Under the pieces are notes generated by a model. That model was given only the letters and a program-made list of their open reading frames with translations, was not told the origin of the DNA and did no database searches. From positions 7,998,001-8,062,000 of the forward strand of contig OX597834.1 of NCBI GenBank assembly GCA_951406725.2: 64,000 nt of DNA, in the 5' to 3' direction. This document shows positions 27,636 to 42,020 of this stretch, in pieces. Made by a program: the position numbers and the translations under genes. Origin of the DNA: Octopus vulgaris. Its lineage: Eukaryota. Numbering within the stretch: the stretch's first letter is position 1; each line of letters begins with the position of its first letter.

Positions 27636-28010
27636 GGAAGCACTCCGTCGGTTCCGACGACGAGGGTTCCGGTTGATCCGATCAACGGAACAGCCTGCTC
27701 GTGAAATTAACGTGTAAGTGGCTGAGCACTCCACAGACACGTGTACCCTTAACGTAGTTCTCGGGGATATTCAGCGTGACACAGAGAGTGACAAGGCCGG
27801 CCCTTTGAAATACAGGTACAACAGAAACAGGAAGTAAGAGAAAGTTGTGGTGAAAGAGTACAGCATGGATCGCCACCATCCCCTGGCGGAGCCTCGTGGA
27901 GCTTTAGGTGTTTTCGCTCAATAAACACTCACAACGCCCAGTCTGGGAATCGAAACCGCGATCCTACGACCGCGAGTCCGCTGCCCTAACCACTGGGCCA
28001 TTGCGCCTCC
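27636..28010 (-). mobile_element. SINE family C, tail variant 3, with 10-bp target site duplication
   Basis: Head at 28010. TTGATGTACT occurs at 27624-27633 and 28014-28023. Confidence 0.9.
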
Positions 28011-28589
28011 ACTTTGATGTACTACTACTACTACTGCAATATTAACACACGTTTTAGCTTCCTCTATAATTTTAATTGAATAAACTGTTGATTGCAATAG
28101 TGGCCTATGTAGGTATAATTCCCATGAGGTTTTGAACACTTTATTGTCTCCTTACACGAAATAAAATATTAAACGTATGTTGTTTTCCGTAAGGCATGCA
28201 TGACGATACTTGACCAAACAACCCTTGTAGGAATCGAAATCAAAGACACAAGCTCATCAACAATTAATACTACAAGTCAATCGCAATGACAGCATTTTCA
28301 TAAATAATCAATAATTTTGTGATATATGTAACACCTAAATAAATTCTCTACTTTTTCATTTGGAAAACTTAGAAGGTAAAACCTAGAAATGACCTCGATT
28401 CCTGAAATAAAAATCCAGCATACAGTACTGCCAGAGTGCTATAAGAATGAAAGTATTTTATTATCACTTCTAAAATTTCTTAAAATAGTTTTATGACATC
28501 AGTCAACCAAATCAGCCGATATCTTTTCACTGATAGCTAAAGGCCATCTTTTAAAAAAGAAAATTTTCCTGTAATTTATTCTGTTTAGT

Positions 28590-28790
28590 TTTCGTCTCCA
28601 ATTTTTGTATAATCTATATCATGCCTCCATTTAATTTCTTGATGGTTGTCCTTTGATACGGTGCCGTCTCTTTAAATCCTTTCTGTCAGCTTCTTTGTCC
28701 TACAGTTTATGACATCCTTTTTTGTGTCCAGCCCAATTCAATTTCAAAGAAATATGGTAAGAAACAACACTATTTAATCTATTTCATCTT
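28590..28790 (-). pseudogene. Very decayed RTE-clade LINE C-terminus
   Basis: Peptide fragments LNWAGH, RTKKLTE, KGQP, KWRHDI and NWRR across frameshifts. Confidence 0.45.
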
Positions 28791-29724
28791 TGTCTGAAAG
28801 GTGGGAAAGTATTCAGTATTGGTTATTAAATAATAAAGTAGACTAGTAGCAAATTTAAACTTTCATATTGTATAGAAGCTAATGCTAGTACAGCTACCTA
28901 ACTTACCCATCATAATCTCAGTTTTATTGGGCCCAATATTTTCAAAGAAAATAATCAAAGTATGTTTTTTTGTCTACATAAATAAAGATAATAAATTTAA
29001 AGCTCGTCCATTACTGCTGTTTTATTAATATGTTCTTAAACAATAACATTCAGATTTATTATGTTTCAGATGATAGCTATTGAATACGTCTGCAATCTAT
29101 TGAGATACACCTGAGAAAGTACGTGAAAAGAATGGCTCTTACCAAAATCTGTGTTTGCAAGTATAGATACAAAGTTAGAGTTAGTTGAGAGGAAAGGTCA
29201 TTCGCCATTTCAGTATGAATAGAAACTATATGTGAATATTGTTTGTATATTCTTTCATTAAATAGGCACTGCTGGATTGACCACAACATTTCTATAGTTT
29301 AGTTTTCGCTTCTTTGAATGCTGACTTCCGAACTTTGCCACATTGAAATGGCTGCTAAAACTTCGGTTTATTCCAGTTTATAGTCCACTCCTCACTTCCT
29401 CAATATTGCTGACATCTTCAAGACAATAATCGATAGACTACTTCGCTCTTTCTGTTTTCGGCTCGCTGACTTTGAATGTGGTTTTCAATTGTGCAAAACT
29501 AAGCGGGCACCATCTTTTGGAGAGATTGTACTAAGTCTGATAAAAGCAGCATGGAAAACATAATAAAAATAATGGAACAAAACAAACAAAAACATCAAAA
29601 CAAAAACAATGATTCTTCAGTTAATATTTCCTACTTTAGATAAGAGAACTAATGTATAAATTTCAAATTGGAAGCGTGTTGATATCTTTGTTTATGGTTC
29701 TATTGATTTGGAGAAATACTTACA

Positions 29725-29894
29725 AACACATACACACACAGGGACATACTCACACATACACACAGGCATACACACCCGCATCGATATACATATACATACA
29801 CACACGCACACACACACGTATATCTATATCTATATATATATATATTCATATACATATGTGCATATATATATATACATATATTCATATACATACA

Positions 29895-29948
<54 letters not shown>

Positions 29949-30020
29949 TATACATATACGCATATATATATATATATATATATACATATATATATGTGTA
30001 TATGTATATATATATACATA

Positions 30021-30059
<39 letters not shown>

Positions 30060-30073
30060 GTATATAAATACAA

Positions 30074-30126
<53 letters not shown>

Positions 30127-30140
30127 GACATATATACTTG
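29725..30140. repeat. (CA)n/(TA)n compound microsatellite
   Basis: Directly visible. Confidence 0.95.
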
Positions 30141-30861
30141 CGCGCTTTTGTCTCAATCAGTGTGTGTGCGTAAATGTATGTGAATGTATATACTATAGCA
30201 GTGTACGTTATATAAAAGATATCAGATAAAAAAAAAGACACTTTGAAATGTATAAAACTTCCCAAAAGATTGTCATAATCTATTAATGCCGGCCGGCATA
30301 ATTCTAAGCCAAATATTGGCATGGGTCATATTACTTTAAAGAAACATTTACCGTGAACTGATGTAGATATTTTTGAATAAATGAACATCTTAAATTACAT
30401 TTCTATACAGTTCAGAGGTAGGTAGGATTAGTTAAAGATTACGTTGTGTGTTCTTGATTATCGATTACGACTTTCATGTTTATCCCTTCTGCTCTTTATG
30501 TTGACCATTAAAGTCTACGCTGCCCCTAACCGAACACATATCTGTACCACTTCTATATCCAGAAGCATATTATTGAGGCAAAAGATTGTTAAATACGTAT
30601 ATTGCGCATCGTTTTAGTGTGTACCTGGTTTCAGTAATAGAAATGCAGCTTGGTTGGAGATCATTCTGAAGGGTCTGTGGTTTCATATTAACCGCAGCAC
30701 TTATCGCGGCCCCTTGCTTCATTATTTGCTATTTGTCAAACCACAAAGTTTTGCTGCATAAACTGACCCATCAGAACGACATATGCACATACAATACATA
30801 CATACATACACACACACATCACATATATATATATATATAAAACTTCCCCTATATATATACT

Positions 30862-30952
<91 letters not shown>

Positions 30953-30972
30953 GTATGCATGTATATATATAT

Positions 30973-31136
30973 AGGGAGAGTTCACGAGAAAAACAAAAGA
31001 CGAAGACAGGTGGTCTACAAAACAAACAGATGTATTAGTATACCGCTCAGGAATAGAAAAAAGTATTTTATGTTTGGAACCTACGCTCTTCTACAGAAAG
31101 GGACACAGAAAAAAACAAGGAGAGAAACAAGAAGAG

Positions 31137-31139
<3 letters not shown>
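30973..31139 (-). mobile_element. Element F second copy (HHR motif more decayed), within (TA)n
   Basis: Homologous to 17859-18010. Confidence 0.75.
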
Positions 31140-31203
<64 letters not shown>

Positions 31204-31798
31204 GTGACACAGAGAGACAGACAAATATGTATTCAATAAATGAATAAATAGATAGATAAAAAGACAGAGATAGGCAGATAGACAGACAGATAGCTAGATA
31301 GATAGAACTTATAGAGACTATCACAAGAACTGGTTCTTAATCTCGTGTTTTAATTTAGAACTTTAGTGGATATGCTTACATTTGCCACATGAGGAAGGCA
31401 ATCTCTTTACTAATAATTAGGCTTCCACAATGTGTAACCAGCATCGTTCAAGTATAAATCTAAAGCTGTTGCCTTCTATAGCGGAACACTTCAATTTAGA
31501 TATATACACCTGTTGTGTTATGTCAGTATAGGTTCCCCCTTCGAAATTCTACTTGTTCATTATTACCTTATCTCTCTATAGCAATTGGTATTGGATTTGA
31601 AATTGATTTGACATAAATTCTTAAACATAAAGACAAATTGAAATCTGTTGAAAATATTTCCTTCAGCTTTTATTTGAATTTCATCATGACGCCTGACTTT
31701 CTGGATGTCGGAAACAGTGGAGTATCCATTGATAGTCGTCTAATACAACGGAGAGATTGACTACAAAACTTACGATTATACTGTAAATATAGACATAT

Positions 31799-32099
31799 AG
31801 GCGCAAGAGTGGCTGTGTGGTAAGTAGCTTCCCAACCAACCACATGATTCTGGGTTCAGTACCACTACGTGGCATCTTGGGCAAGTATCTTCTGCTATAG
31901 CCCCGGGCCGACCAATGCCCTACATAGACATATAGGCGGAGGAGTGGCTGTGTGGTAAGTAGCTTGCTAACCAACCACATGGTTCCGGGTTCAGTACCAA
32001 TGCGTGGCATCTTGGGCAAGTGTCTTCTGCTATAGCCCCGGGCCGACCAATGCCTTGTGAGTGGATTTGGTAGACGGAAACTGAAAGAAGCCTGTCGTA

Positions 32100-32148
<49 letters not shown>

Positions 32149-32366
32149 ATGTGTTTGTATGTATCTGTTTGTCCCCCTAGCATTGCTTGGCAACCGATGG
32201 TTGTGTGTTTACGTCCCCGTCACATAGCAGTTCAGCAAAAGAGACCAATAGAATAAGTACTGGGCTTACTAAAAGAATAAGTCCCGGGGTCGATTTGCTC
32301 GACTAAATGCGGTGCTCCAACGTGGCCGCAGTCAAATGGCTGAAACAAGTAAAAGAGTAAAAGAGT
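31799..32366 (+). mobile_element. SINE family A with tandemly duplicated 5' head
   Basis: TAGACATATAGGCG plus head occurs at about 31790 and again at about 31925. Only the second copy is complete. Confidence 0.9.
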
Positions 32367-32811
32367 ATATATACACTCAGAGGATTACACTCAACTACAT
32401 CCACTCACGCATAAACACAGTTACACTCATACTCACACACATGGCTATTGTCTTACTTTATTGGTGTTGTTTTCTTATGTAGACGGAGGTACGCTGTCCT
32501 GAGCCACGAACAGGACAGTCATGAATGGAAAGCCGCTAAATAAGGAATGATCTGTGTCTAAATTTCAAGGTTGATAAACTGGATGGTACCCGAGAACAGC
32601 CCACGTATGGCATACGCATGTGGTTGTGTGTATGCGCGCGCTTGCGTGTGTGTACGTGTGTGTTTAAATGTGTGTGTGTGTGTGAGCATGTCAGAATGTC
32701 CGTAATGTAAAAATGGAACTTCATATAGTAATTTAACACTAGGCGTTGTTCTTTAATCTCTTTCTTCTCTCATAACCCGCTCTTTCTTTCTTTCTCTCTT
32801 TCTTTTTATCT

Positions 32812-32851
<40 letters not shown>

Positions 32852-33699
32852 GTATACATTTATACCCTGTTTGATGTAGATTTCGCAATTTGGGTGGATG
32901 CATTCTTATCTGTTCAAATTGTATTTGGGTTAGGAAATTTGGAACTACAATGTAATTTCTTTTATGGACTTAGGTCTCTTTTTTTGGCTTTTACTTCTTT
33001 TCTGTATTTCAATTGCCTTTCAGTAGAGACGGTCTGCTAGAGATCGGGCCGCAGATAGATAGTGGATAGCGATACAGCAACCAGAGACGATGGTTGGTTG
33101 TGAGATAAGCGGAATCCTGCAATACAAATAAGCAAACTCAGACCAAACAGCGGTAACCAACTAAAGCAGATCCAGAAGTGGATGACACTGGTATTTTCTC
33201 GCGCAAACTCTCACAGCCCAGTGATTTATTTACGAAGAGGCGAATAATGACCGACTTAAAAAAAAAGACCTAAGTCTTCGTGAGCCTGAGAAGATTACTT
33301 TATTGGTAACAGGCTCGAGCAAGACCACTAAAAATGTTCTATGGTTTGATGCAGTAAAATTATTTATACCACATCATATATTGATCGGAGCAATAAAGAA
33401 TGTGATTAGCCTTTATCTAGAATGGCCCGCCCGAAAAGTATCGGTTATATTATCATGGCGATAATCTACCTTGTGTATTTACAGGATTAAATAATCCACC
33501 AATCTGTGATTTCAGTTGGCGAACTTCTGATTATGGTTCTCGAATATCTGATGCATTCATATATATTACTATATGTGTATTCATATACAATATAATAGGT
33601 GTAGGAATTGCTGTGTGGTAAGTTGCTTGCTTACCAAAATCTCCTTCCAATATAATCTCAATCCAACGCTGTGAAAACTGGCGTTGAGTCAGCGGCCTG

Positions 33700-34190
33700 G
33701 GATGCAACGCGTGTCCTAGATCATTTTCCTTGAAAAGGATCCAGAAATGAGGCGCAAATAAATGAACATTTTTTTTTATTTGTGCATCATTTATCGAAAG
33801 AAAGATAATCTGAGAGATGACGTGGTATACTTCCGTGTTTCTCGGACCGTGTGTTTGTATACACGATAAAATATTAAATGTATCAGGGGAGTTTTGTTTT
33901 GTTACTTCTTGAACTTCTTGCTTTTCTCTCGATTCTGAGTGTTGCATTCTTTAATTCATGAACGTTGTCTTTCGATGAATAAATTTTTAAGCTCTTTGTG
34001 CTGAGTGTAATCCTTGGATACAACTGTGCAGATTCTACCTGTCAGGTTAAAATGTATATTTATTACTGCATGTTTGGAAGACTGAAAGAAAATACCAGAT
34101 GATATTTCGAATCTATTGACTTGAAGTAGATGCCGGCTTAAATGTTTCTATCTCATTTTATGATAAAAAGTTCTAAAAGGCGTAATTTGG
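33700..34190 (-). pseudogene. Decayed Penelope-like element RT thumb and linker fragment
   Basis: IYFKSIDSKYHLVFS..INIHFNLTGRICTVVS..ELKNLFIER and ILSCIQTHGPRNTEVY parallel the PLE motifs IYYKPTD..IPFNLARRIC..THNPRN. Confidence 0.65.
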
Positions 34191-34998
34191 TTACATTATA
34201 ATGGCGATAATCTACCTTGTGTATTTACAGGATACAGGATACTGTTGAAGGAATTTCAATATTCTAACAAATACTACTTATTAAAAACTCTATTATCAGT
34301 ATTTTAATAGGAGGGGAGGAAATTAACTTGCTTATAACACCTTAACATATTCCATCACCTTGTTGAGTAAGCTATTGTAATACTCGATAACAAAAGCAAG
34401 AAGGAAGGACGAAAACTACTTCTTTTGACAGTATATTTAAAATATCATTATGTTTTAAATATATACTTGCTACAAGTAAAACATCGGCACGGCTGCTTCC
34501 TTTTGTATGAGGCATTCGTGATGGAGGCATACGAAAACACTTATCACATAAACATCTATAAACTTGAAAAACCATGAAAAGAAAAGGAAGATAAGGTTGA
34601 ATGGAAATCATGAAAAAAAAAATATGTTTTGTTGAATATTTGAAAGCACAGTGCGTGTTTCTTATTTTTGTTAATCTTCCATGTCGAATGTTCATTAGTA
34701 ATGCATATATTAATGGACATATAAGAAAAAGGAAATTATATACACATTTAAATATGTATAAACATATAAGTAAACATACATATATACATTGACATACACA
34801 GACACGCAGACTTATATGCACATACAAACATATTCTACATACACACAAGCAAGCATTTTCATATATGAAATACAACATATAAGCATAACAAAATATATAT
34901 ATCACGTGTTTACGCACAAAACCATTCCGAAATGTAACTTATTAATGACGATGGAGAATGTTTTTAACTATGGATATGAAATGTGTAAAGAAATATAT

Positions 34999-35673
34999 AC
35001 TCTTTACTCTTTTCTCTTTTACTTGTTTCAGTCATTTTGACACTGGCCATGCTGGAGCATCGCCTTTAGTTGAGCAAATCGACCCCAGAGCTTATTCCTT
35101 GTAAGCCTAGTACTTATTCTATCGGTCACTTTTGCCGAACCGCTAGGTTACGGGGACGTAAACACACCAGCTTCCGTTGTGAAGCGATGCTGGGGGACAA
35201 ACACAGACACACAAACATACACACACATATACACACATATATACATATATACGACGGGCTTTTTTCAGTTTCCGTCTACCAAATCCACTAACAAGGCTTT
35301 GGTCGGCCCGGGGCTATAGTAGAAGACACTTGCTCAAAGTGCCACGCAGTGGGACTGAACCCGGAACCATGTGGTTCGTAAGCAAGCTACTAACCCCTTT
35401 CTTTATTACCCACAAGGGGCTAAACATAGAAGGGACAAACAAGGACAGACATAGGTATTAAGTCGATTACATCGACCCCAGTGCGTAACTGGTACTTAAT
35501 TTATCGACCTCGAAAGGATGAAAGGTAAAGTCGACCTTGGCGGAATTTGAACTCACAACGTAACGGCAGACGAAATACCGCTAAGCATTTCGCCCGGCGT
35601 GCTAACGTTTCTGCCAGCTCGCCGCCTTTAAGCAAGCTACTTACCACACAGCCACTCCTTCGCCACTCCTACG
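34999..35673 (-). mobile_element. SINE family A split by a nested family B insertion
   Basis: The A body spans 34999-35391 and resumes at 35629. Confidence 0.9.
35398..35626 (-). mobile_element. SINE family B, full length, 13-bp target site duplication
   Basis: TAAGCAAGCTACT at 35379-35391 and 35629-35641. Confidence 0.92.
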
Positions 35674-35741
35674 CAATATTTCTTAAAAATAAATAGACAA
35701 TGTTATGCGTCCGTGTATATATATTCTGATTTTTTATTCTT

Positions 35742-35944
35742 GAAAGGATGAAAGGCAAAGACGACCTCGGCGGAATTTGAACTCACAACGTAACGCAGAC
35801 GAAATACCGCTAAGCATTTCGCCCGGCGTGCTAACGTTCCTGCCAGCTCGCCGCCTTTAAGCAAGCTACTTACCACACAGCCACTCCTACGCAATATTTC
35901 TTAAAAATAAATAAACAATGTTATGCGTCCGTGTATATATATTC
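35742..35944. repeat. Local tandem duplication of 35512-35726
   Basis: The SINE B head, SINE A remnant and unique flank are all repeated. Confidence 0.9.
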
Positions 35945-36043
35945 ATACGTACATAACCTTAAGCACATATTCTCTCTTTTGCTCTCTTTCTAGATGTCTG
36001 TATCTCTCTCTCACTGTCTCCCCGCCCATTGTATATATGCTGA

Positions 36044-36150
36044 GACCACCTTCGTTCATGACTAACCACGGGATTGCACCTAGAACGTTACCCTCCTAGG
36101 GACAAGTCTGAGCAAGGTTGTTATGGAAGACCAGCAGTCGTCCATGCATA
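36044..36150 (-). mobile_element. SINE family D tail fragment
   Basis: Matches 44347-44455. Confidence 0.7.
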
Positions 36151-36614
36151 GCGACTCATTGTGACAAAGGGTCTACAGAAGCAGACCCCTTATAACATAG
36201 ACATTACTGGCACATTTCACCATGAGAGCAGCAATAATCAGAATGCTTTGTACTCCGCTTGACAAAAGTTTTCTATTCCCCTACAGCACCCCAATTGTTG
36301 AAGAGAACATAATCAATTAGATAGACGGAGAGACAGACAAATGGAGAGAGGTACACAGAATATGCATGAGGGCGATTTGTAATGAAGTGTCAGAGTGAAT
36401 TGAAAAGTAATTGTCTCGTACGAGAGGCTGGTTAGAGTAATTTGCAATATAAGGATTAAGGTTCAGAAAATGATATTTACTGATCTTTAGAAGATCCAGA
36501 TGCATGTGGAAACTGAGTGAAGCATTCATTACGACTTCTTCCTAGACACATAGTCATAGTATCAGTTATCTCAATGCTGATGGAGAGTGATAAATTAAGA
36601 ACCGATTAATATAT

Positions 36615-36900
36615 ATGTCGTTTTTGGATTTGGTTTGCAAGATTCTTTATATGAGGTCGTGTTTTGAAGCATATTCTGTTGTGTTTGGGGAGAGTCATTC
36701 TCTTTTAGTGCCTTATTAGAGAGTCAAGACTATTGAAAAGGTTGCAAGAGGCAACGAAAATTTTAAAAAATAAAAATAAGAAATAAGTGGAAATTTTATC
36801 GGTGAGTGTGTTAAATAATAAGGCACTAAAAGAGAATGGCTCTCCCCAGACACAACATAATATATATGGTTTTGCAAATAAAATTCGAAACACTCTTGAC
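36615..36900. mobile_element. Foldback element (47-bp arms) with HHR-like motif in the spacer
   Basis: Arms at 36671-36717 and 36817-36863. Spacer 36733-36765 reads TTGAAAA-G-GTTGC-aagag-GCAAC-GAAA-ATTT. Confidence 0.7.
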
Positions 36901-37354
36901 GTGGAGACTTTTTCTTAGACAGGCTTCCATACATTACGTAATACAGGAAAAATGGTCCCGTACAGAATATTGACAGAATATTGACAGAATATTCAGTGTT
37001 GCTGGTTAGATCAACGTCAGATCTTGATGGGAAGAACGATGGTCAAATGATTTCATTTCTTTCATCATAGAATCTCATAGAGATATAGGCGTTAATGATG
37101 AAGCAAACTGCAAATGAAATTACTATTTTGTACATGCAATAACTGAATAATCAATTAGATAGGCGGAGGGACAGACAAAGGGATTACAAGAACCCTAGTG
37201 ATGTATTTATGTTTCTCCATCCCAGCTGTCGCCATCGGTGTAAACATAAAAATCGCCAGCCACGTTTCTTTTTCCGAATATAACTTAATAACACTGAGCG
37301 ATCATGACGCTCCTTTTTTGGATGCGACTAATCCAGCTCTCCTTACATATCTCT

Positions 37355-37640
37355 CTCTCTATCTGCTCAGTCGAAGTTGACTCTCGGTTACTCGAGGGAT
37401 CAGTGTCCTCCAGTCAGTTCTATCCTGGGCCGCTTCGTTCAGATTGGCCATGTCCATTCCGGTATCACTCTTGATGGTGTCAAGCCAGCAGGTTCTTGGT
37501 CGGCCTCTTCCTCTCTTGCCACTGACCATTCCGAGCATGATGTCCTTCTCCAGAGGTTTTCTCTGCATAATATGCCAATGTATGCTTGGTGATCCTAGAT
37601 TCTAGCGACATTTTCGGCCTTATCTGCTTACATATATCCC
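37355..37640 (-). pseudogene. RTE-clade LINE 3' fragment
   Basis: LEKDIMLGMVSGKRGRGRPRTCWLDTIKSDTGM..AAQDRTDWR..RVTESQLRL is a typical RTE/BovB-like C-terminus. Confidence 0.88.
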
Positions 37641-39576
37641 ATAACATAATACTGAAGAGCAGTCCAAGCCATCGTGGCTCAGGCGTCATGCTGATTCCTA
37701 TTCGATTACATGAATATAAGCATTTATACCTATTTGACCGATTTCAAATAGATGCAAACTATAGTCACTTTTGGTAGTGAAATGAACGTAGAACGGAAGA
37801 AGCCTTATCGGACACTCTAATGATTCAGTAAATCTATCATAATCTTCACTTACTGAGCATGGATTCTCACTGCAAAGTACTTCTTGCATCGTTCGGGTTA
37901 TGCAAATCATTATGTGTAGATTATAGGACAATTGTGGCAATTCCAAGGAATAAAACATCACAGGGAGTAATAATCAGTAATATACCTGTGAATAAATCAG
38001 CATTTGTCATTGTTTACAACTTCAGTGAAGCACCCTGTTAACCTTCGCAGAATTCTCAAGATGCAAATTCCAACATTACTTTATTAGTTCTCTATTCTTT
38101 CAATCAGCATTTGACTGAGTTACAACTCTTTTCTTCTTCTTCCTTATCTATATATTGTAAGGAATAATAGGACTGACAAATTCTTTAACAAATAACTTTC
38201 GAAAATTTACTAAAAGTTCCTTTGGTTTTACCAAATTGAATTTGAAAATCATGCAGTTAAGTTAATTTTATTAAGAGTTTGCTAAGCAATCAAATTCCAA
38301 CATTTTTATAAAATTTTATTTCAGTAACAATTTTGCAGATGCTGTTTTATTTTGTTACCTTTCCAATTAATAAGTAATTTTACGTTTCCTAATTTTCCAT
38401 TAACAATTTTATATCATTATATTGTTTATCAAAGCAAACAACATTGCTATTCGAACAGAAGAAAGAAAGAATTTTACTAAAATTATTCCTTTTAATAGAA
38501 TTGAGAAACCAAATATATCTCCATATTTTTGTCTATCAAAATAATTCCAGTTTTATTCTGATTCTCAAATTTCCCTTTTAGGCATCTCCAGCCAATCGGT
38601 AGTAATAAATTTATGATTTTTTTTTCATGAATTATGTTAGGGAATTTGAAGTCTAATTAGTCTAATTTACAATGACTGCTCTAGAGAAACATATTCCGGA
38701 TCAAAGACACAAATGCTTGCCACTATGTGAACGTGCTTCCTTGCTCAAAAGGATGTATCGATATTTAAATGTTGTAACTGAAATTATTAGACTATATATG
38801 GTGAAGATTCTTATACAAAATCCTAGAAGGGTGCCTTAAGAAACATATTCCTGTTCATTGCTTTCAGATCAATGTCCGCAACGCATTTCTGTTAATGGAA
38901 TGTCATGGGAGGAGCATTGATATTCAGCATCGTTATATGTGCTTCATTTTATATTCTCCCTTGAATAAATTTTAAAATATATACCTTTCACAGGGCTGTT
39001 GATGGGGGAAATGAGCCCTTCAATTCATGAGTTCTCAGCTTGGAACTTAATGTATTATTTATTTATATATGATAGAATGAAAGATAAAAATGTTAAACAT
39101 AGTTGGATTCTTCAAACCTAATGTTGTAGTTGTTTAAGATATCATCTCATGTTGCAGAAGCAAATACGAAAACAAGCTTTTGTCACTGATTCAATAGTCT
39201 TGCTATCGTGCACCGGGGGGGTAAACATTTTTTTTTCATGACGATTAACTTGTTTCAATGACAGAAATGCTACATTATCACATTATCAACAAAATCTCTT
39301 CAGGCGATTTCGCAAAAAAAGAGAAGAAAACTAGAACTCTCTGTCACCTATTCTAAAGAAGAAGATCGGAATATTTTATGCGTTGCATTTTAAGGTCTTG
39401 AATGTCATGTATTATTTGGTACAGAGATAAGAATCTCTGTTGTTCAAAAGAGATTCAACGTTTGTTATTGCTCCCATCATGACCACTTGTCACCGCCATA
39501 TTCTAGCAAACTCTTTTATCGAAAAGTGTGACGTAGGTGTGTAAGAGCATTGGGCAAATGATTTCGATAAAAGTTC

Positions 39577-39743
39577 AGGAGTGGCCGTGTGGTAAATAGC
39601 TTGCTTACCAACCACATGGTTCCGGGTTCAGTCCACACTGCGTGGAATCTTCGGCAAGTGTCTTCTGCTATAGCCCCGGGTCGACCAAAGCCTTGTGAGT
39701 GGATTTGGCAGATGGAAACTGAAAGAAGCCTGTCGTATATATG

Positions 39744-39824
<81 letters not shown>

Positions 39825-40027
39825 TTGTGTGTCTGTGTTTGTCCCCCTAACATTGCTTGACAGCCGATGCTGGTGTGTTTACGTCCCCGCATCTTAGCGG
39901 TTCGGCAAAAGAGACCGATAGAATAAGTACTGGGCTTACAAAGAATAAGTCCTGGGGTCGATTTTGCTCGACTAAAGGCGGTGCTCCAGCGTAGCCGCAG
40001 TAACATGACTGAAATAAGTAAAAGAGT
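39577..40027 (+). mobile_element. SINE family A, full length
   Basis: Head AGGAGTGGCCGTGTGGTAA and tail GTAAAAGAGT. Confidence 0.92.
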
Positions 40028-41110
40028 ATACCTCAACATTTTAAATGGTCAATAAAGAAAATCTAGACAGCTTTTTTTTTTATACATAGATAGTTTGTCC
40101 AATATAAGGGTGATAAGTTTCACGTATTTTCCAAGAATGAGATTATGAAACATATTCCTTTTGTATCTATGTATAAAAATGCTACATAATTATACGAAGT
40201 TCTTTTCCTTAACAATTTTTTAATCATGACATGCATTATAACCAAACACCAACGGATTTTCAGTTCACGAAGAATTACATGACCCATGGTATATGAAGAA
40301 TTACAATACTGCAATAAATCAATCACATTCATTGTTTAGACAACAGTTTCGATATTTTTAAATATTTCCCTCTTTTTCTGGACATGTTTGGCAAGTAAGA
40401 TGCACACATTATTGTAAATATTAAATTAAGTTTAAATTTAATATTTAATTTCTATGTACTTCGAATAACGCAAATACAAAACATCGCTTTAACAATTCTA
40501 AGAGCATTAAGCCAAATTTGAGTCATTTGACATTTCTGCAGAAATCTAATTTTTAAGCAGATTTATGTGGACTTAATTTCTTCTGTGGATTTTCTTTACA
40601 ATCAATGTCATTATCGTTCCCTTCCTCTTCAATTATGAACTCTGGCAAGAGATCAATCTAAATTAAATAAAAGTATAAGCGTTAAACATCTAAAACATAT
40701 ATGGACTTTTCCGCCTAACAATTCACGAAATCATTAAAATAATTTCATTGTGTAAAATCGTCTGGCACCAAAACAGGTTTCCCTAAAAAAACATTTAAGG
40801 ATTAGGAAATGAAAATACCCTATACAAAGTAGCGTCAGCAATATGTGATCCACTTTTCCAGTTTAGTACTATATATCATACATGCCAAGCAGCCTATAAC
40901 ATTCACAGTTCTTCTCAGCTCACAGTGTGAACATACTTACAATATGTCAAAGTATTAAACATTTTCTCGCAATATAAGGCGGTAAATATTGTAGATCATC
41001 ACTTGGTAAAAATTTAGGGTAATCGGCCTAAGGTAGATAACATTTTATGTTACTTTTTTTCAGTAGAAGTTTGATGTTTCGCTGAATAGATATCGGTAGC
41101 GGAGAACATA

Positions 41111-41509
41111 TCTTTATATATAAAAGTGAAGTTGTGTGTCTGTCTGTCTCCTACGATTTAGATTCCTAACTACTCTCACATTTTGCGGTGCAGTTTAACC
41201 AAAACCGGGTATCTTATAGTCGTGATTCATATCGAGCCCTTCTGGGTATTAGCGCGCGTCTACGATGAGTCTACGATTAAAAAAAAAATTACCATTATTT
41301 TTTTCCCTTTTAATGCATTTTTTTCGCTATTATATAAGGAAAGTAACTCTCTAAAAATGTCTTCGTTGAGTCAACGATTTAAAAAAGAATTACCATAATT
41401 TTTTTTGCATTTTTAATGCATTTTTTGCTATTTTTTGGCTATAACTCTCTAAAAATGCTTATATAGTTATTTCCCTCACAAACCCGAGCAACGCGGGCGA
41501 TACTGCTAG
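41111..41509 (+). mobile_element. Non-autonomous Helitron
   Basis: A|TC start, subterminal hairpin CCCGAGCAACGCGGG, and CTAG|T end. Confidence 0.88.
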
Positions 41510-41559
41510 TATTTATTAAAGTTGTAGTTGACAAAACGCTCACATGGACGGTTGGATTC

Positions 41560-42020
41560 TCTCTGAATAATGAAAAAGAATTTGGTGTATCATGAAAATT
41601 TGTGCCGTGTGTCAGAATGCCGACAACATGACTGCTCAGAGATTTGTGAATACTGGAAATGTGGTAAGACGCGTCATGTACAGCTGCAATGGGAACTCCA
41701 AAGCCGTGGCCAGCTAGCTGGAAGAGACACTCAACCCGCCTCTCCACGACGGGATTTTCCCGTACATCATTGAAAAGAGCCTTAGGCTTAATTCAGACTC
41801 TCACGTGAAACTGCAGGAGACTGTGGTGAATCCCTGGTTGAAGGGTATTGCTGCAAATCCAGAAGTGTGAGAGCAGGATTCTTCTTTTTGCCCCAATTTC
41901 TGGCCTCCTAAATCCCCCATTTGTAATTTTTGTGCGGGGCTTGGAATATCAGAACCGACTTGGGATCCAAGATAGAAGAGTAGTTTGGAGATATTCCCAG
42001 GGATACAGTGGAGAACACAT
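41560..42020 (+). pseudogene. Decayed Tc1/mariner-superfamily transposase fragment (maT/DD37D-like)
   Basis: YIIEKSLRLNSDSHVKLQETVVNPWLKGIAA and NFWPPKSP, corresponding to the WPPNSPDLNP motif. Confidence 0.65.
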
